DNA of 64,000 bases from Mesoaciditoga sp. (GCA_002878315.1 PNIW01000014.1:20038-84037), one strand, 5' to 3'. Counted from the stretch's first letter, positions 52,890-64,000 are shown. A program made the numbers and translations. Notes: generated by a model from the letters alone, not told the origin.

Positions 52890-54713
52890 TTAAAACGAAG
52901 GACCTAAAGTCAGGATGATATTTTTTATCTTGCTTACCGGTGTGTTGGGTGGCGGAGACTGACTTACAATTATACCATTTCCGCTGAATGATATTTTTGA
53001 TGCCGGAATGGAAAGTTCGCGAAGCAAGTAAAGGCTTTCGTTAAGTGTAAGACCTTTCAAATTAGGCATTGAAAAAGAAGAAAAAAGATGGTTCTGATCG
53101 TTTTCAAGATATCCCATCTTTATTATGTATTCACCTATTTCGTGAAAGACAGGAGCCGCAACGTCTTCTCCATAGTAGAGACCCTTTGAAGGTTGATCAA
53201 CCATGACAAGAATAGAATACTGCGGATCGTCTGCCGGAAAGAAGCCGTAAAAAATGGAAAAATATGGTCCCTTCGTTGAGACCTTCCCATTGACGGATTT
53301 TTCGGCAGTTCCTGTCTTACCGCCGACAAGTACGCCGGGAAGTTGGGCGGGAATACCGGTTCCCTTCTGTACAACGTCTACCATGAAACTCCTGACTATT
53401 TGGGTAACCTCTGAATTGAAAATTTGAGTCGCCTGAGGCGTGTATATCTCGACAATGCTACCGGAAGGTGTAACTATCTCTCTCATTACGTGAGGCTTTA
53501 TGAGATATCCGCCATTCGCAACAGCGTTAAGGGCCATCACAAGTTGAACGCCTGTAACTGCTATACTTTGGCCTATCGCCATTTCTTGACCGCCGATTCC
53601 ATACCATTGAGATGGAGGGGTTAAAAATCCATCTACCTCTCCGGGGAGATCTATTCCTGTTTTGTGTCCAAAGCCAAATCTTAGGAACCAGTTATAGTAA
53701 TTGGTATCACCAACGGTTTTTATGAAATCCGTTGCTATCTTCATCTCGGCAACGTCTGAAGAGTATACCAATGCTTCCCTAAGATCGATTGGCCATGGAT
53801 GAACCTCAGCATCTTTTATAACAAGCGGAATATTTGGATTCGGGATGTAATAAGGCCCTGTAAAGGTTGAATTGACATTAACGATGCCTTCTTGAAGGGC
53901 TGCACAGAAGATAAGAGGCTTTATAGAAGAACCCGGCTCAAATACATTCATGACAGGAGCATCCCATCCCCATGTCGTTGCCATGGCAATTATGGCTCCC
54001 GTTTTTGGATTGGAAACAATGACCTCTCCACCGCTTGCGGCGTCCGTTTTAACGGCATATTCTATCGCCTGCTTTGCGAAGGCCTGTATAGAAGGATCTA
54101 TTGTCGTTACCACCGTATCGCCGCCGATGGGCTGGACAAGTGTTTTTATTCCAGAGGTCAGAGCATATGGTCCAAACGCATTGTAGACAAGTTCACCATT
54201 TTTGACAGGTTTGACGTACTTATCGTACTCACCCTGAATGGCTTTTGCTATTATCTCAAGAGATGTGGCGACTTTTGTTTGAACGTAGACACGCTGAATG
54301 TTCAAAAAACTTTTAAGATCTGATGGAAGATTGTTTACCATTTTCTCATCTACAAGTCCTATTTCAATTCCGCCCCGTCCGGACTTTAGGATAGAAGAAA
54401 TCGTTTTTGAATTTGGATCCTTTCCAAAATAATCAAGCACCTGTATGACCCTATCAGGGTATTTCCATCCTTCTATGGAAGAAAGCGTCTTTGCATAGCC
54501 AACATCTATGTAAACATCGTAAGAAAGATTGTTTTGCAAAATAGGCTGATCATTTACCCCGATAATATTACCGTAAGGCGCGGGAAGCGCGAGAGAGGTG
54601 GGAAGGATGTAAACTCTTTGAAAATCAACAACAACAATTATGCCCCTTACAATATAAAAAAGAAAGGCAGAAAATAGGATTATGAGAACGAAACGTATTT
54701 TCCAGTCATTCAT
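52890..54713 (-). CDS. ftsI: class B penicillin-binding protein (FtsI-like) with PASTA domain
   Basis: N-terminal TM, EPGSSIK, YSSD, GKTGT, C-terminal MPNLKG...SQSP; follows rsmH-ftsL. Confidence 0.82.
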   Translation of the reverse strand: MNDWKIRFVLIILFSAFLFYIVRGIIVVVDFQRVYILPTSLALPAPYGNIIGVNDQPILQNNLSYDVYIDVGYAKTLSSIEGWKYPDRVIQVLDYFGKDPNSKTISSILKSGRGGIEIGLVDEKMVNNLPSDLKSFLNIQRVYVQTKVATSLEIIAKAIQGEYDKYVKPVKNGELVYNAFGPYALTSGIKTLVQPIGGDTVVTTIDPSIQAFAKQAIEYAVKTDAASGGEVIVSNPKTGAIIAMATTWGWDAPVMNVFEPGSSIKPLIFCAALQEGIVNVNSTFTGPYYIPNPNIPLVIKDAEVHPWPIDLREALVYSSDVAEMKIATDFIKTVGDTNYYNWFLRFGFGHKTGIDLPGEVDGFLTPPSQWYGIGGQEMAIGQSIAVTGVQLVMALNAVANGGYLIKPHVMREIVTPSGSIVEIYTPQATQIFNSEVTQIVRSFMVDVVQKGTGIPAQLPGVLVGGKTGTAEKSVNGKVSTKGPYFSIFYGFFPADDPQYSILVMVDQPSKGLYYGEDVAAPVFHEIGEYIIKMGYLENDQNHLFSSFSMPNLKGLTLNESLYLLRELSIPASKISFSGNGIIVSQSPPPNTPVSKIKNIILTLGPSF

Positions 54714-54716
54714 CTT

Positions 54717-55088
54717 TTATTGACCAGCAAGTCGCGCAGCCTGTTTTGCATCTCCTTTTATGGCTGGATTCACGCTCCTGACGAAGAAGATCTGGTCTCC
54801 TTCTTTAAAAGTTACAGCGCTCGGAAATTTTTCCTGAAGGTAGACATTGATTTCGCTTTGCTGGTTTAGGATTTGGGATTTCATGACATTTATTTCATAC
54901 GTCATGTTAGTTATCTGTGAATTGTATTTCAAGGTTTGAATGTTCAAAAGCAATGGAACGGAAAGGACGGCAAAAATACCTATTCCTATCGCCAGAGAAC
55001 GTATTACTCCTATTTCTTCAACCTTTGTTTCAACTTGCGTGTTTTCAATTGCAACATGACGTACCCTTACATCTTCCACAAATCTCAC
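54717..55088 (-). CDS. FtsL-like bitopic protein
   Basis: One TM followed by a short coiled coil, in the canonical position between rsmH and ftsI. Confidence 0.5.
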   Translation of the reverse strand: MRFVEDVRVRHVAIENTQVETKVEEIGVIRSLAIGIGIFAVLSVPLLLNIQTLKYNSQITNMTYEINVMKSQILNQQSEINVYLQEKFPSAVTFKEGDQIFFVRSVNPAIKGDAKQAARLAGQ

Positions 55089-55945
55089 GCCCTTTCACCA
55101 ATTCTTAACTTTGCACTCCTCGATCTTGGGTTCATTTTAACCTCATTATCATCCGGAACGATTGGCTTTTTGGTGATAATCACAAAACCTTCTTTCAGAC
55201 CGTACTTAACAATTCGATCTTCAAGAGAATGAAAAGATATAATACCGATTCTTCCACCTTTTTCAAGTCTCTTTTTCGATATTTCTATGAGTTTGGACAG
55301 GTTCTCAAGTTCCTCATTTACCTCTATCCTTATGGCCTGAAAAACACGCGTTACTATCTTTTTCCAATCTTTTTTGGCATAAGACGGAAGAGAAGAAAAT
55401 ATTGCCTCAACCAGTCCATCGGTACTTTTTATCGGTCTTTTCTCAATTATACTACTTACAATTCTTCTTGCAAAACGTTCTTCGGAATAATCACGGATCA
55501 CTCTTTCTAATGTTTCGGCATCATAACCGTTCACAACATCGTAAGCGCTTTTTGCATTCAGCCCCATTTGCATGTCTAAAGGGCCGCTCTTTTTGAAAGA
55601 AAATCCTCTCTCTTCCGCGTCAATCTGAAATGAAGAAAGACCAAGATCCGCAAAGATACCGTTCACTTTTTCTATACAAAGATCATCTAACAATCTGTCG
55701 AGATCGGAAAAATTACTCTGAAACAACCTTACTCTCTGACCAAACTCAGAAAGTCTCTCCTTTGCGATCTCTAAGGCCACGGGATCTCTGTCTATTCCTA
55801 TTAAAGAGATTTTTTCGTATTTTTCAAGTAAACCCTTGCTATGGCCGCCACCGCCGACAGTACAATCGACGAAGATCCCGCCATTTTTTAGATTTTCAAA
55901 TCCATCTACGACCTCTTTTAAAAGTACACTTGTGTGTTGTCCCAA
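55085..55945 (-). CDS. rsmH: 16S rRNA (cytosine1402-N4)-methyltransferase
   Basis: HTSVLL, DCTVGGGGHS, DLGLSSFQ, FQAIRIEVN, ISFHSLEDR, NPRSRSAKLR. Confidence 0.96.
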   Translation of the reverse strand: MGQHTSVLLKEVVDGFENLKNGGIFVDCTVGGGGHSKGLLEKYEKISLIGIDRDPVALEIAKERLSEFGQRVRLFQSNFSDLDRLLDDLCIEKVNGIFADLGLSSFQIDAEERGFSFKKSGPLDMQMGLNAKSAYDVVNGYDAETLERVIRDYSEERFARRIVSSIIEKRPIKSTDGLVEAIFSSLPSYAKKDWKKIVTRVFQAIRIEVNEELENLSKLIEISKKRLEKGGRIGIISFHSLEDRIVKYGLKEGFVIITKKPIVPDDNEVKMNPRSRSAKLRIGERA

Positions 55946-55957
55946 ATTATATCACTT

Positions 55958-58246
55958 TTAAAACATTTCTCCAACACCAAAGGAAATTCCAGAATATTCA
56001 AATTTTCCATTTACAACTTTGTACGGAAAATCAAACCTTAAAACTCCCAAGTACGGTATTTCGAAATTTATTCCAACCCCTATAGAATTCATGAATTGGT
56101 TGTTTATCATACCGTATGTCAGGAGTTGATCTCCTGCGCCTCCAAAGTCATAGAAGGCAGTGAACATCATCGGAATATCCTGCGAATTCAAAACGTATCT
56201 TAATTCCAAATTAGATACAAATTCCTGCAGTCCACCTTCCTGGCTCCATCCGCGCACCGTTGTCGGTCCTCCAACGTAAAAGTCCTGTCCGTATCCGTCT
56301 CCGACAAGAACACGACCTGCTATTGCTAAATTTTTTAAAATTGGAAGGTAACCCGAAAAGCTTAAATATCCCTGAAGGTAATTTTCCTGTCCGCCAAAGC
56401 CAGCATATGAAATATTCGCTCCCAAATTTATTCCCTGTGTTGTCAAAAGGACATCATTTACATTTGTGTAATTGTAAGAAAAAGAAATCGATCTGCAGGT
56501 ACCGCTTGCGGGTCCCATCAAAGAAGAAGAGAGCGGCGTTGATCCCTGACTTTTATTGAAAAAGTAGAATTTTCCTCCTACGTTGTAAGAAGTGTAGACA
56601 TCTGGCTGATAACCTACACTTGCAGAGATACCATACTCGGTCTCTTTGTAATACAGTGTTTGACCATTTTCTATGACAAATGGTTGAAGCGTGTTGTAAT
56701 ATATGCTTGACGTAAAATTCATGGGCAAATTGAATGGAAATATGATTCCATAAGTTACATTCGCCGTAGGATTAACCCCTAAAGTGACCTGCCCTGAGAG
56801 CGTGTCTCCTATTCCATTGAGATTTACAATGCTTATATTCCCGCTACCGGTTATACCGCTGTACCACGGCTGGCCCTGACCAGGCTGCCCTATCGACAAA
56901 GAAGCACCGATCTGTCTTGGCTTGTCATTTTCAGTTACTTTGACAACTATGTTGACAACCGTAGAGTCAGTCGACGGAAGTGTCGGCACTATGGAAACAT
57001 TTGAGAAGAACTGAGTATTTCTAAGGTTATTGTAACTTTGAATCAAACTTTGCGTTGTAAGGGGATCTCCGGTTTTGAAAGCAAGTTCGCGCTGTATTAG
57101 ATAAGTTTTGGTCTTTGTATTGCCCGTTATCTCTATTTTTCCTATATGTCTTTCGATTACTTTGTATTCCAGAAATCCGCCACCGATCGTTTGAAATTTA
57201 TGGTATATGACATCGGCAGAAGTTAAAAGATATCCGCGCTTTTCGTAGTATTCTCTTATTTTTGAGAGTTGCTTAAGTTGAACAAAATTGTTTGTCGTTG
57301 AAGGCGCAGTTATTCCGGCGTATTTTGCAAGATTAGATGGATTTACCTCTGTAACGCCGGTAAAGTAATAACCATCAACGGGCAATCCAGACTGGATAAC
57401 GTGCGCAAGTTTTGCATTTACGACAAGATCGACGGCAGGGTATTTGAAAGAAGTTGCAACATCAGTTGGAGTTGAAAAACTAAGGGTAGTGTCCATCGAA
57501 AAATATCCCATTTGAAAGAGTTTTGCCTGAAAATCTTGAATAGTCGATACTTTAAGATATGCGTCATTTGGATTCGCTAACAATTGTTGGATGGGATTCA
57601 TATTCTCGTACGCCTTCATCGTAAAAAGTCCGGTGGTTTTTATGATGTCCTCTGGAGTGAGGGTGCCGTAATCGCCGGTTAATTTCAAATTCCATATGGC
57701 GTACTCATTTACCGTTATAATTAATTTTCCATCCGGCACTATTATCGAGTTTCCGTTTTGAACTATATTGGTCTCTATGCCTATTATGTTGGCAAGGTAC
57801 CCCGCATTTGTGTAAAGATTCATTATATTCTGAAATGAATTTTTAAGGCTAACGAGATTTAGGACTTCGCTCGCCTTAACAGTTATGGCATTTTTTATCT
57901 TGTCGATGCCAACAAGATTCGGACCATTCACAATTACATTTACAGATTTTATGACAGGGTTTTCAATGACAACTATCACAAGCCCCGGTCCTATCGGAGA
58001 ATATTCTATCTTCGGCTCTATGTAAGAAAAGTATCCCGTTTCGTAGAGCGATTGAAGCGCCTGATAGAGTGCATTCGTATTAAGAGGTTGTCCGATCTTT
58101 ACGGCGCCGGATAATTTTGAAGTTATAATAGAGGTCGCAAGGCTTGTGTTTCCTTCGATCTTTAAAAATGAGATCGTTTGATTTTGAGAAAATGAAACCG
58201 TCGTTATGGAAATAATGAGTACCAGCAAAACAAGATACTTCTTCAT
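55958..58246 (-). CDS. bamA: Omp85/BamA outer-membrane assembly factor
   Basis: Signal peptide, POTRA motifs (LYETGYFS; GNTKTK..IQREL; LRNTQFFSNV), GG..TVRGW, ELRY, terminal Phe. Confidence 0.85.
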   Translation of the reverse strand: MKKYLVLLVLIISITTVSFSQNQTISFLKIEGNTSLATSIITSKLSGAVKIGQPLNTNALYQALQSLYETGYFSYIEPKIEYSPIGPGLVIVVIENPVIKSVNVIVNGPNLVGIDKIKNAITVKASEVLNLVSLKNSFQNIMNLYTNAGYLANIIGIETNIVQNGNSIIVPDGKLIITVNEYAIWNLKLTGDYGTLTPEDIIKTTGLFTMKAYENMNPIQQLLANPNDAYLKVSTIQDFQAKLFQMGYFSMDTTLSFSTPTDVATSFKYPAVDLVVNAKLAHVIQSGLPVDGYYFTGVTEVNPSNLAKYAGITAPSTTNNFVQLKQLSKIREYYEKRGYLLTSADVIYHKFQTIGGGFLEYKVIERHIGKIEITGNTKTKTYLIQRELAFKTGDPLTTQSLIQSYNNLRNTQFFSNVSIVPTLPSTDSTVVNIVVKVTENDKPRQIGASLSIGQPGQGQPWYSGITGSGNISIVNLNGIGDTLSGQVTLGVNPTANVTYGIIFPFNLPMNFTSSIYYNTLQPFVIENGQTLYYKETEYGISASVGYQPDVYTSYNVGGKFYFFNKSQGSTPLSSSLMGPASGTCRSISFSYNYTNVNDVLLTTQGINLGANISYAGFGGQENYLQGYLSFSGYLPILKNLAIAGRVLVGDGYGQDFYVGGPTTVRGWSQEGGLQEFVSNLELRYVLNSQDIPMMFTAFYDFGGAGDQLLTYGMINNQFMNSIGVGINFEIPYLGVLRFDFPYKVVNGKFEYSGISFGVGEMF

Positions 58247-58258
58247 CTTTTGAACCTC

Positions 58259-59887
58259 CTACATTTCATCTGGTGCGCTAACGCCAATGAGAGAAAGCGT
58301 GACTTCGAGTACATTCTTGACCGCAAAGGAAAGTTTGAGACGATCGCGCGAGACTTCCAAATTTTCCGGATCGACTATTCTATGATCCGTGTAATATGCG
58401 TGGAATTTCTCGGAAAGAGAATAGGCATAATTGCACAATTTTTGCGGCTTTTTCTGTTCGACCGCGTTCAATATAACATCTGGGAATTCGTCTAACTCTC
58501 TTACAATATCCCTTTCTGCTTGCGATATACTCTTTAACGTCGCGCCTTCAAAGGCGATCTTTTTTTCCATTGCATTTTTCAAAAGGCTTGATATTCTCGC
58601 GTGGGCATACTGAACGTAATAGACTGGATTGTCCATCCTTTTTGATTTCGCGAGTTCAACATCGAATACAAGCGTTGCATCTGGATCAATCATGGCAAAG
58701 AAATACCTTGTCGCATCGACTCCAACGGCATCTATTAGATCTTCTAAAGTCACGAATTCGCCATGTCTTTTTGACATCCGGACTATTTCCTCGCCACTTT
58801 TTAGCGTTACGAACTGGTGGAGGATCACGTTGAAAAATCCATCGGGTATGCCGAGAGCCTTCGATGCGGCCTCCATTCTTGGGATGTATCCGTGATGATC
58901 GGCACCCCAGATGTAATAAACTCTGTCAAATCCGCGCCTGTATTTGTTGAGCATGTATGCGATGTCCGAAAAGAAATACGTCGGATCTCCATTTTTTCTT
59001 ATTATCACCCTGTCTTCCTCCGAGGGCAGAACTTTAGAGACGGCAAACCATACCGATCCATCCTTCTCGTAGATGTATCCCTTGTTCTTTAGAATCTCGA
59101 GTGCTTCATTTGTAAGGCCGGAGGCGTAAAGTGTCTGTTCGCTGAAATAACTGTCAAATTGCACATTTAACTTTGAAAGCGTGCTTTTTATCCATTGGAA
59201 GATCTTGGACGTCGAGTATGAAGAAAAGAAAGATTGCACCTCATCATTCCACACGTCCACATATCTGTCGCCGTATCTGTCAGATATTTCTTTTGCAATC
59301 TCTATCAGATACGTGGCGACGTAATCGTCTTCTCCGAATTCAAAATGTTTCCCGTAAAGTTCGTTGTACCTTATCCATGTAGAATGACCAAGCATTTTGA
59401 CCTGACGTCCAGCGTCATTGAAGTAATACTCTCTTGTCACTTTATTTCCAATGGCTTCGTTGAGTCTTGAAAGGATGTCACCAATTATCGCCTGACGGCC
59501 ATGGCCAACCGTTAAAGGACCCGTTGGATTCGCGCTGACGAACTCGAATTGGATTTTTTGGGGACTGACCTTTGGGATTTCTACATTCTTGAAATAACTT
59601 TGAATTACATCTGCGTACAGGACAGGTGAGAGTTCAAAATTTATAAATCCTGGCCCTGCGACCTCAACCTTTTTGAAATTTGGATCGTTTTTGAAAGATT
59701 CGGTTATCTTTTTTGCTATGGACATAGGAGAGGTTTTTAAGGTCCTTGCGCTTACCATGGCTACATTTGTCGAATAATCTCCGAAATTCTGCGGCGGTAT
59801 TTCAACCGCGAAATCGGGTGGATTTGTGTTGAAAATCTCCGCAAATTTCTTTTCGATCTTTTCTTTTATAAGATTTTTGAGGTACAA
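58259..59887 (-). CDS. argS: arginine--tRNA ligase
   Basis: FGDYSTN, GPGFIN, SANPTGPLTVGHGR, GADHHGY, MSKR, YVQYAHARI. Confidence 0.96.
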   Translation of the reverse strand: MYLKNLIKEKIEKKFAEIFNTNPPDFAVEIPPQNFGDYSTNVAMVSARTLKTSPMSIAKKITESFKNDPNFKKVEVAGPGFINFELSPVLYADVIQSYFKNVEIPKVSPQKIQFEFVSANPTGPLTVGHGRQAIIGDILSRLNEAIGNKVTREYYFNDAGRQVKMLGHSTWIRYNELYGKHFEFGEDDYVATYLIEIAKEISDRYGDRYVDVWNDEVQSFFSSYSTSKIFQWIKSTLSKLNVQFDSYFSEQTLYASGLTNEALEILKNKGYIYEKDGSVWFAVSKVLPSEEDRVIIRKNGDPTYFFSDIAYMLNKYRRGFDRVYYIWGADHHGYIPRMEAASKALGIPDGFFNVILHQFVTLKSGEEIVRMSKRHGEFVTLEDLIDAVGVDATRYFFAMIDPDATLVFDVELAKSKRMDNPVYYVQYAHARISSLLKNAMEKKIAFEGATLKSISQAERDIVRELDEFPDVILNAVEQKKPQKLCNYAYSLSEKFHAYYTDHRIVDPENLEVSRDRLKLSFAVKNVLEVTLSLIGVSAPDEM

Positions 59888-62653
59888 TTAGCATCCCACC
59901 ATTTCTTCGTTTAAGATTTGTCTTAAATACATTCCCGTGTAGGATTTGGAAGATTTTGTTACCTCTTCCGGCGTTCCCTGAGCCACTATCTGTCCTCCAT
60001 TTTCTCCACCATCCGGTCCAAGGTCTATTATATAGTCAGCGTTTTTGATAACGTCGAGATTATGCTCTACAACTACGACTGTGTTACCTTTATCGACGAG
60101 TTTCTGGAGGACATTTACGAGTTTTTTCACGTCATGGAAATGAAGCCCTGTTGTCGGTTCGTCTAAAATGTAGAGCGTTTTTCCCGTTGAGATCTTTCTC
60201 AACTCTGAAGAAAGTTTGATCCTTTGGGCCTCTCCTCCCGAAAGCGTGGTTGCAGACTGACCGAGCCTTATATAACCGAGTCCGACATCTTGGAGGGCCT
60301 TTAAAGGCGCCGTTATCTTTGGAATGTCTGAGAAAAATCTCAGCGCTTCATCAACAGACATTTCAAGAATCTCGCTTATGTCTTTTCCTTTGTACTTAAC
60401 CTCAAGAGTTTCTTTGTTGTATCTTTTTCCATTACATACATCACATTCGACGTAAACATCTGGCATGAAGTTCATCTCAACCTTTATGACTCCCTGGCCC
60501 GCGCAGGCCTCACACCTGCCACCTTTTACGTTGAAACTGAATCTGCCTGGAGTGTACCCTCTTATCCTTGCCTCTTCTGTCAAAGCAAAGATTTCCCTTA
60601 TGCCATCAAAGGCCTTCGTGTAAGTTGCCGGATTCGATCTTGGAGTTCTACCTATCGGACTTTGATCCACAAGAATGACCTTGTCTATCTTTTCGCTCCC
60701 CTCAATCGATTCGTAAGTTCCGTGTGGAAGATGTGTCTTGTATATTCTGTTCATTAAAACGGGATACAAAGTTTCCATTACAAGCGAAGATTTGCCAGAT
60801 CCTGAAACACCCGTTACGCATGTAAAGGTACCAAGTGGAATCGAGACATCAACGGATTTCAAATTGTTATGTGTTATACCCTTTATTCTCAAAAACTCAT
60901 TTGAGTTTCTTCTTTTTGCCGGGATAGGTACGGTAAGCCTTTTACTGAGATATTTACCGGTCAGCGTGTCGGACGAAATAAGACCCTTGACGTCTCCGGC
61001 GTAGAGTATATTTCCTCCGTTTTCTCCTGCTCCGGGTCCTATGTCCACGGCAAAATCTGCCGATTTTATGACCTGCTCATCGTGCTCTACAACTATAACT
61101 GTATTGCCGAGTTCTTTAAGATCCTCTAACATCTTTATAAGTCTGTCTGTATCTTTTTGATGAAGACCTATCGTTGGTTCATCTAAAATGTACAAAACCC
61201 CGACAAGGCGCGATCCTAACTGGGTTGCGAGTTTTATCCTTTGAGATTCTCCTCCCGAAAGAGTCGATGCAGCCCTTGAGAGTGTAAGATAATCGAGTCC
61301 TACATCTATTAAAAACTTAAGCCTTCTTTTTATCTCCATTAAAATCTCTTTTAGAATGGATTCTTCCTTCTGCGAAAGTTCAAGATTGTTGAAGAAATCG
61401 TAAGATTCTTTTATAGTCATATCCGATATCTCGGCTATATTTTTTTCCCTGAAGGTGACGGTAAGCGCTTCATCCCTTAATCTTTTTCCGTGGCAGAGAG
61501 AGCACGTCTTTTGGACAAGAAAGTTTTTCTCTATCCATTCTTTTATCTCTTCGGAATCCGAATATCTATATCTGTCCATTAGATGATCTTTTAAGCCCTT
61601 AAATCCGGGACCTCCGTCGAGGATAGCCTTCCTTACCTTCGGACTCATCTCTTTTATCTTTTTGTCCGTATTCTCTCCCATCTGTTTTATCATCTTTTCG
61701 ATGATATCAATCACAAAGGCTTTACCGCCCTTGTAAGGCACAATTCCTCCGTCTCTTATCGTTTTGTCAGGATCTATGACAAGATTTTCATCCACCTCGA
61801 GAGTGTATCCTATTCCACCGCACGCGGGACATGCACCGTAAGGAGAATTGAATGAAAATAATTTCGGGCTTAATTCCGGAAAGCTTATTCCACACACCGG
61901 ACATGCGAGTTTTTCGCTGAAATACTGGATACTTTTGTCTTCGTAGTCCATTATTTCAACCTTTCCATCTGCCTCTTTGAGAGCTATTTCTATCGATTCA
62001 ACGAGCCTTTGATGATTTTCTTTGCTGACTTTTAACCTGTCGACTATGAGTTTTATGGTGTGCCTGACCTGCTTTTCAACCTTTATTTCCTCTTCGAGAG
62101 AGTAATCATTTCCATCGATGTTGACCCTTAAAAAACCACGCCTTTTAAGGTATTCAAAGAGATTTTTGTATTCTCCCTTCTTTTCGATGATAAGAGGAGC
62201 GAGGATGATGATTCTACCGGAATAGTCTTTTTCTATTCTTTCAACGATCTCATCTATACTTTGTTTCTCAAGCGTCCGTCCACATTTAACGCAATGAGGA
62301 GTTCCGACTCTCGAAAATAGCAATCTCAGGTAATCGTTTATTTCCGTCACAGTTCCGACTGTCGATCTCGGATTGTGCGAGACGGTCTTTTGATCTATCG
62401 CTATGACTGGCGATAGTCCATCTATTTCATCAACATCCGGATGTTTTAACTCGCCGAGAAATTGTCTTGCATAATTTGAAAGGGATTCAAGATACCTTCT
62501 CTGCCCTTCCGCGTGGAGCGTATCAAAGGCAAGAGAAGATTTCCCCGATCCCGAAGGCCCTGTAAAAACAACAAGGGCATTTCTCGGTATCTCTACATTT
62601 ACATTTTTAAGGTTATGGACACGTGCGCCCTTAATTCTTATGAATTGCTCCAG
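59888..62653 (-). CDS. uvrA: excinuclease ABC subunit A (extended to a probable CTG start)
   Basis: The frame stays open 101 codons above the track start: [12 protein letters not shown]...[29 protein letters not shown]; two ABC domains and zinc fingers. Confidence 0.95.
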   Translation of the reverse strand: MEQFIRIKGARVHNLKNVNVEIPRNALVVFTGPSGSGKSSLAFDTLHAEGQRRYLESLSNYARQFLGELKHPDVDEIDGLSPVIAIDQKTVSHNPRSTVGTVTEINDYLRLLFSRVGTPHCVKCGRTLEKQSIDEIVERIEKDYSGRIIILAPLIIEKKGEYKNLFEYLKRRGFLRVNIDGNDYSLEEEIKVEKQVRHTIKLIVDRLKVSKENHQRLVESIEIALKEADGKVEIMDYEDKSIQYFSEKLACPVCGISFPELSPKLFSFNSPYGACPACGGIGYTLEVDENLVIDPDKTIRDGGIVPYKGGKAFVIDIIEKMIKQMGENTDKKIKEMSPKVRKAILDGGPGFKGLKDHLMDRYRYSDSEEIKEWIEKNFLVQKTCSLCHGKRLRDEALTVTFREKNIAEISDMTIKESYDFFNNLELSQKEESILKEILMEIKRRLKFLIDVGLDYLTLSRAASTLSGGESQRIKLATQLGSRLVGVLYILDEPTIGLHQKDTDRLIKMLEDLKELGNTVIVVEHDEQVIKSADFAVDIGPGAGENGGNILYAGDVKGLISSDTLTGKYLSKRLTVPIPAKRRNSNEFLRIKGITHNNLKSVDVSIPLGTFTCVTGVSGSGKSSLVMETLYPVLMNRIYKTHLPHGTYESIEGSEKIDKVILVDQSPIGRTPRSNPATYTKAFDGIREIFALTEEARIRGYTPGRFSFNVKGGRCEACAGQGVIKVEMNFMPDVYVECDVCNGKRYNKETLEVKYKGKDISEILEMSVDEALRFFSDIPKITAPLKALQDVGLGYIRLGQSATTLSGGEAQRIKLSSELRKISTGKTLYILDEPTTGLHFHDVKKLVNVLQKLVDKGNTVVVVEHNLDVIKNADYIIDLGPDGGENGGQIVAQGTPEEVTKSSKSYTGMYLRQILNEEMVGC

Positions 62654-63959
62654 AATCTTTCACCTCTTCTATTATTTCCTTCGCTTCTTTCATAATTTCC
62701 TCGACTCTCTTTTCATCTCTTCCTTCAACCATGATCCTTATCAAAGGTTCCGTTCCCGAAGGCCTTAAGACGACTCTTACATTTTTCTCTTTTTTTATCC
62801 TATCCATGAAAGTTTTTACCTTTCCATCTTCCATTACGCCTAATTTGTCCTTTACCTCGATATTTTCAAGTATTTGATGGTACCTTCCTATTTTGGAGAC
62901 GAATTCTGAAGGATCCACCTTCAACTTTCTTGCGGCTCTGAAGGTTTCAAGGGCCGTAACAAGGCCATCTCCGGTGCTCTCAAGATCTAAAAAGATCACA
63001 TGGCCTGATTGTTCTCCTCCAAGATGCGAATCGGTCTCTATCATCTTTTCAAGAACATATCTGTCTCCGACGGGAGTCCTTAAAAACTTTATCCCATTAT
63101 TCGATAGAAACTCCTCTATAGAAAGATTTGTCATGATCGTGCCTATAACGGTATTCCCATTCAGACGTCCTTCATCTTTCATGCTTAAGGCGTTGAGAAC
63201 CATTATGTCATCTCCATCGATAATGCGCCCGTCTCTGCTTACAATCATACATCTGTCCGCATCTCCATCGTTGACTACACCATATCTGGCCGAGGTTGTC
63301 AGAATGGCCTTTTTCATGAAATCAAGATAGAGAGCGCCGCATTTTTCATTTATATTCATACCGTCAGGTTTATCATTGAAAATAAATGATTTTATACCAA
63401 TTTCTCGCGCAACAACGGGCACCGTTGAGATTGCGGCACCATTTGCGAGATCGAAGGCAATCGTTTCTCCTTTAAGATCGACATATCGTTTTACTATCCA
63501 TTCTATGTATTCCGATAGCATGTCGTGATTGACGATCCTTCCGACTGAATGACCGTATGAAACTTTATCGAGCGCTTCTTCAATTTCTTCTTCAATACTG
63601 TCAGGCAGTTTGTAACCATTTGAGAAGATCTTTATACCATTGTGCTGCCATGGATTGTGGCTTGCACTTACCATAAAGCCAACAGTCTCCTCTTTCTTTG
63701 TAAGCCACGCAAGAGTTGGAGTGGGCATGATACCGCACAATGTAACGTTTAGACCCATAGATAGAAGGCCTGAAGTTAAAGCGCTCTCGATCATCTCGCC
63801 CGATATGCGCGTATCTCTCGCTATCAATATCTCTTTGAACTTATGATTATGAGAAAGCAATACGTAAGAGGCGGCCCTGCCTATTTTAAAGGCCAGTTCG
63901 GCCGTTAACTCTTCATTTGCTATGCCCCTTACACCGTCTGTACCGAAGTACTTCTTCAT
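62631..63959 (-). CDS. glmM: phosphoglucosamine mutase
   Basis: [41 protein letters not shown]. Confidence 0.93.
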   Translation of the reverse strand: MKKYFGTDGVRGIANEELTAELAFKIGRAASYVLLSHNHKFKEILIARDTRISGEMIESALTSGLLSMGLNVTLCGIMPTPTLAWLTKKEETVGFMVSASHNPWQHNGIKIFSNGYKLPDSIEEEIEEALDKVSYGHSVGRIVNHDMLSEYIEWIVKRYVDLKGETIAFDLANGAAISTVPVVAREIGIKSFIFNDKPDGMNINEKCGALYLDFMKKAILTTSARYGVVNDGDADRCMIVSRDGRIIDGDDIMVLNALSMKDEGRLNGNTVIGTIMTNLSIEEFLSNNGIKFLRTPVGDRYVLEKMIETDSHLGGEQSGHVIFLDLESTGDGLVTALETFRAARKLKVDPSEFVSKIGRYHQILENIEVKDKLGVMEDGKVKTFMDRIKKEKNVRVVLRPSGTEPLIRIMVEGRDEKRVEEIMKEAKEIIEEVKDSGAIHKN

Positions 63960-64000
63960 TCCTCTATCTCCATTCCACTTTTATCGAAGTTTTCAGGCTT
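63956..64000 (-). CDS. probable 3' end of an upstream gene (unidentified)
   Basis: Open frame [14 protein letters not shown] whose TGA overlaps the glmM ATG (ATGA). Confidence 0.4.
   Translation of the reverse strand, partial: KPENFDKSGMEIEE

Noticed and set aside
59888-62350. uvrA as a truncated pseudogene or frameshift
   Set aside because: The upstream conserved region is in the same open frame; only the start codon is unusual

Overview
Gene-dense chromosomal segment with moderately low GC and no tRNA, rRNA, CRISPR array or recognisable mobile element. Gene content and style (TrpB2, TrmFO, BamA plus LptB, FlgM/FlgN, 2-oxoacid:ferredoxin oxidoreductase, sugar and peptide ABC systems) suggest an anaerobic Thermotogota-like bacterium; this is inference, not a database result. 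In order: a cobalamin-riboswitch-controlled cobamide salvage operon (cobO-cbiP-cbiB-cobD-cobU-cobS-cblS); an EamA transporter; a PadR-regulated ABC-2 exporter; a long mixed + strand operon (patatin, two degenerate nitrilase-fold genes, tkt, queH, CdaR/PucR-like regulator, RsbW-like kinase, trmFO, HD-GYP, ligA); flgM-flgN-osmC; trpB2 with an unannotated Trp-Trp-Trp attenuator; hutU coupled to an O-antigen-ligase-like/TPR protein and an AsnB-like amidotransferase; sbcD-sbcC followed by a secreted two-HKD phospholipase D protein with tandem OB folds; csp; a LacI-regulated sugar ABC system; an MFS permease; a peptide ABC operon; and a 14 kb - strand run glmM-uvrA-argS-bamA-rsmH-ftsL-ftsI-lptB-korA-korB. 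The strongest candidates for something new are the SbcDC plus exported PLD-OB protein, the patatin plus tandem pseudo-nitrilase trio, the trpB2 attenuator, a candidate anti-SD small RNA beside csp, and non-canonical (CTG/ATA) start codons. All protein calls come from motif recognition by eye.
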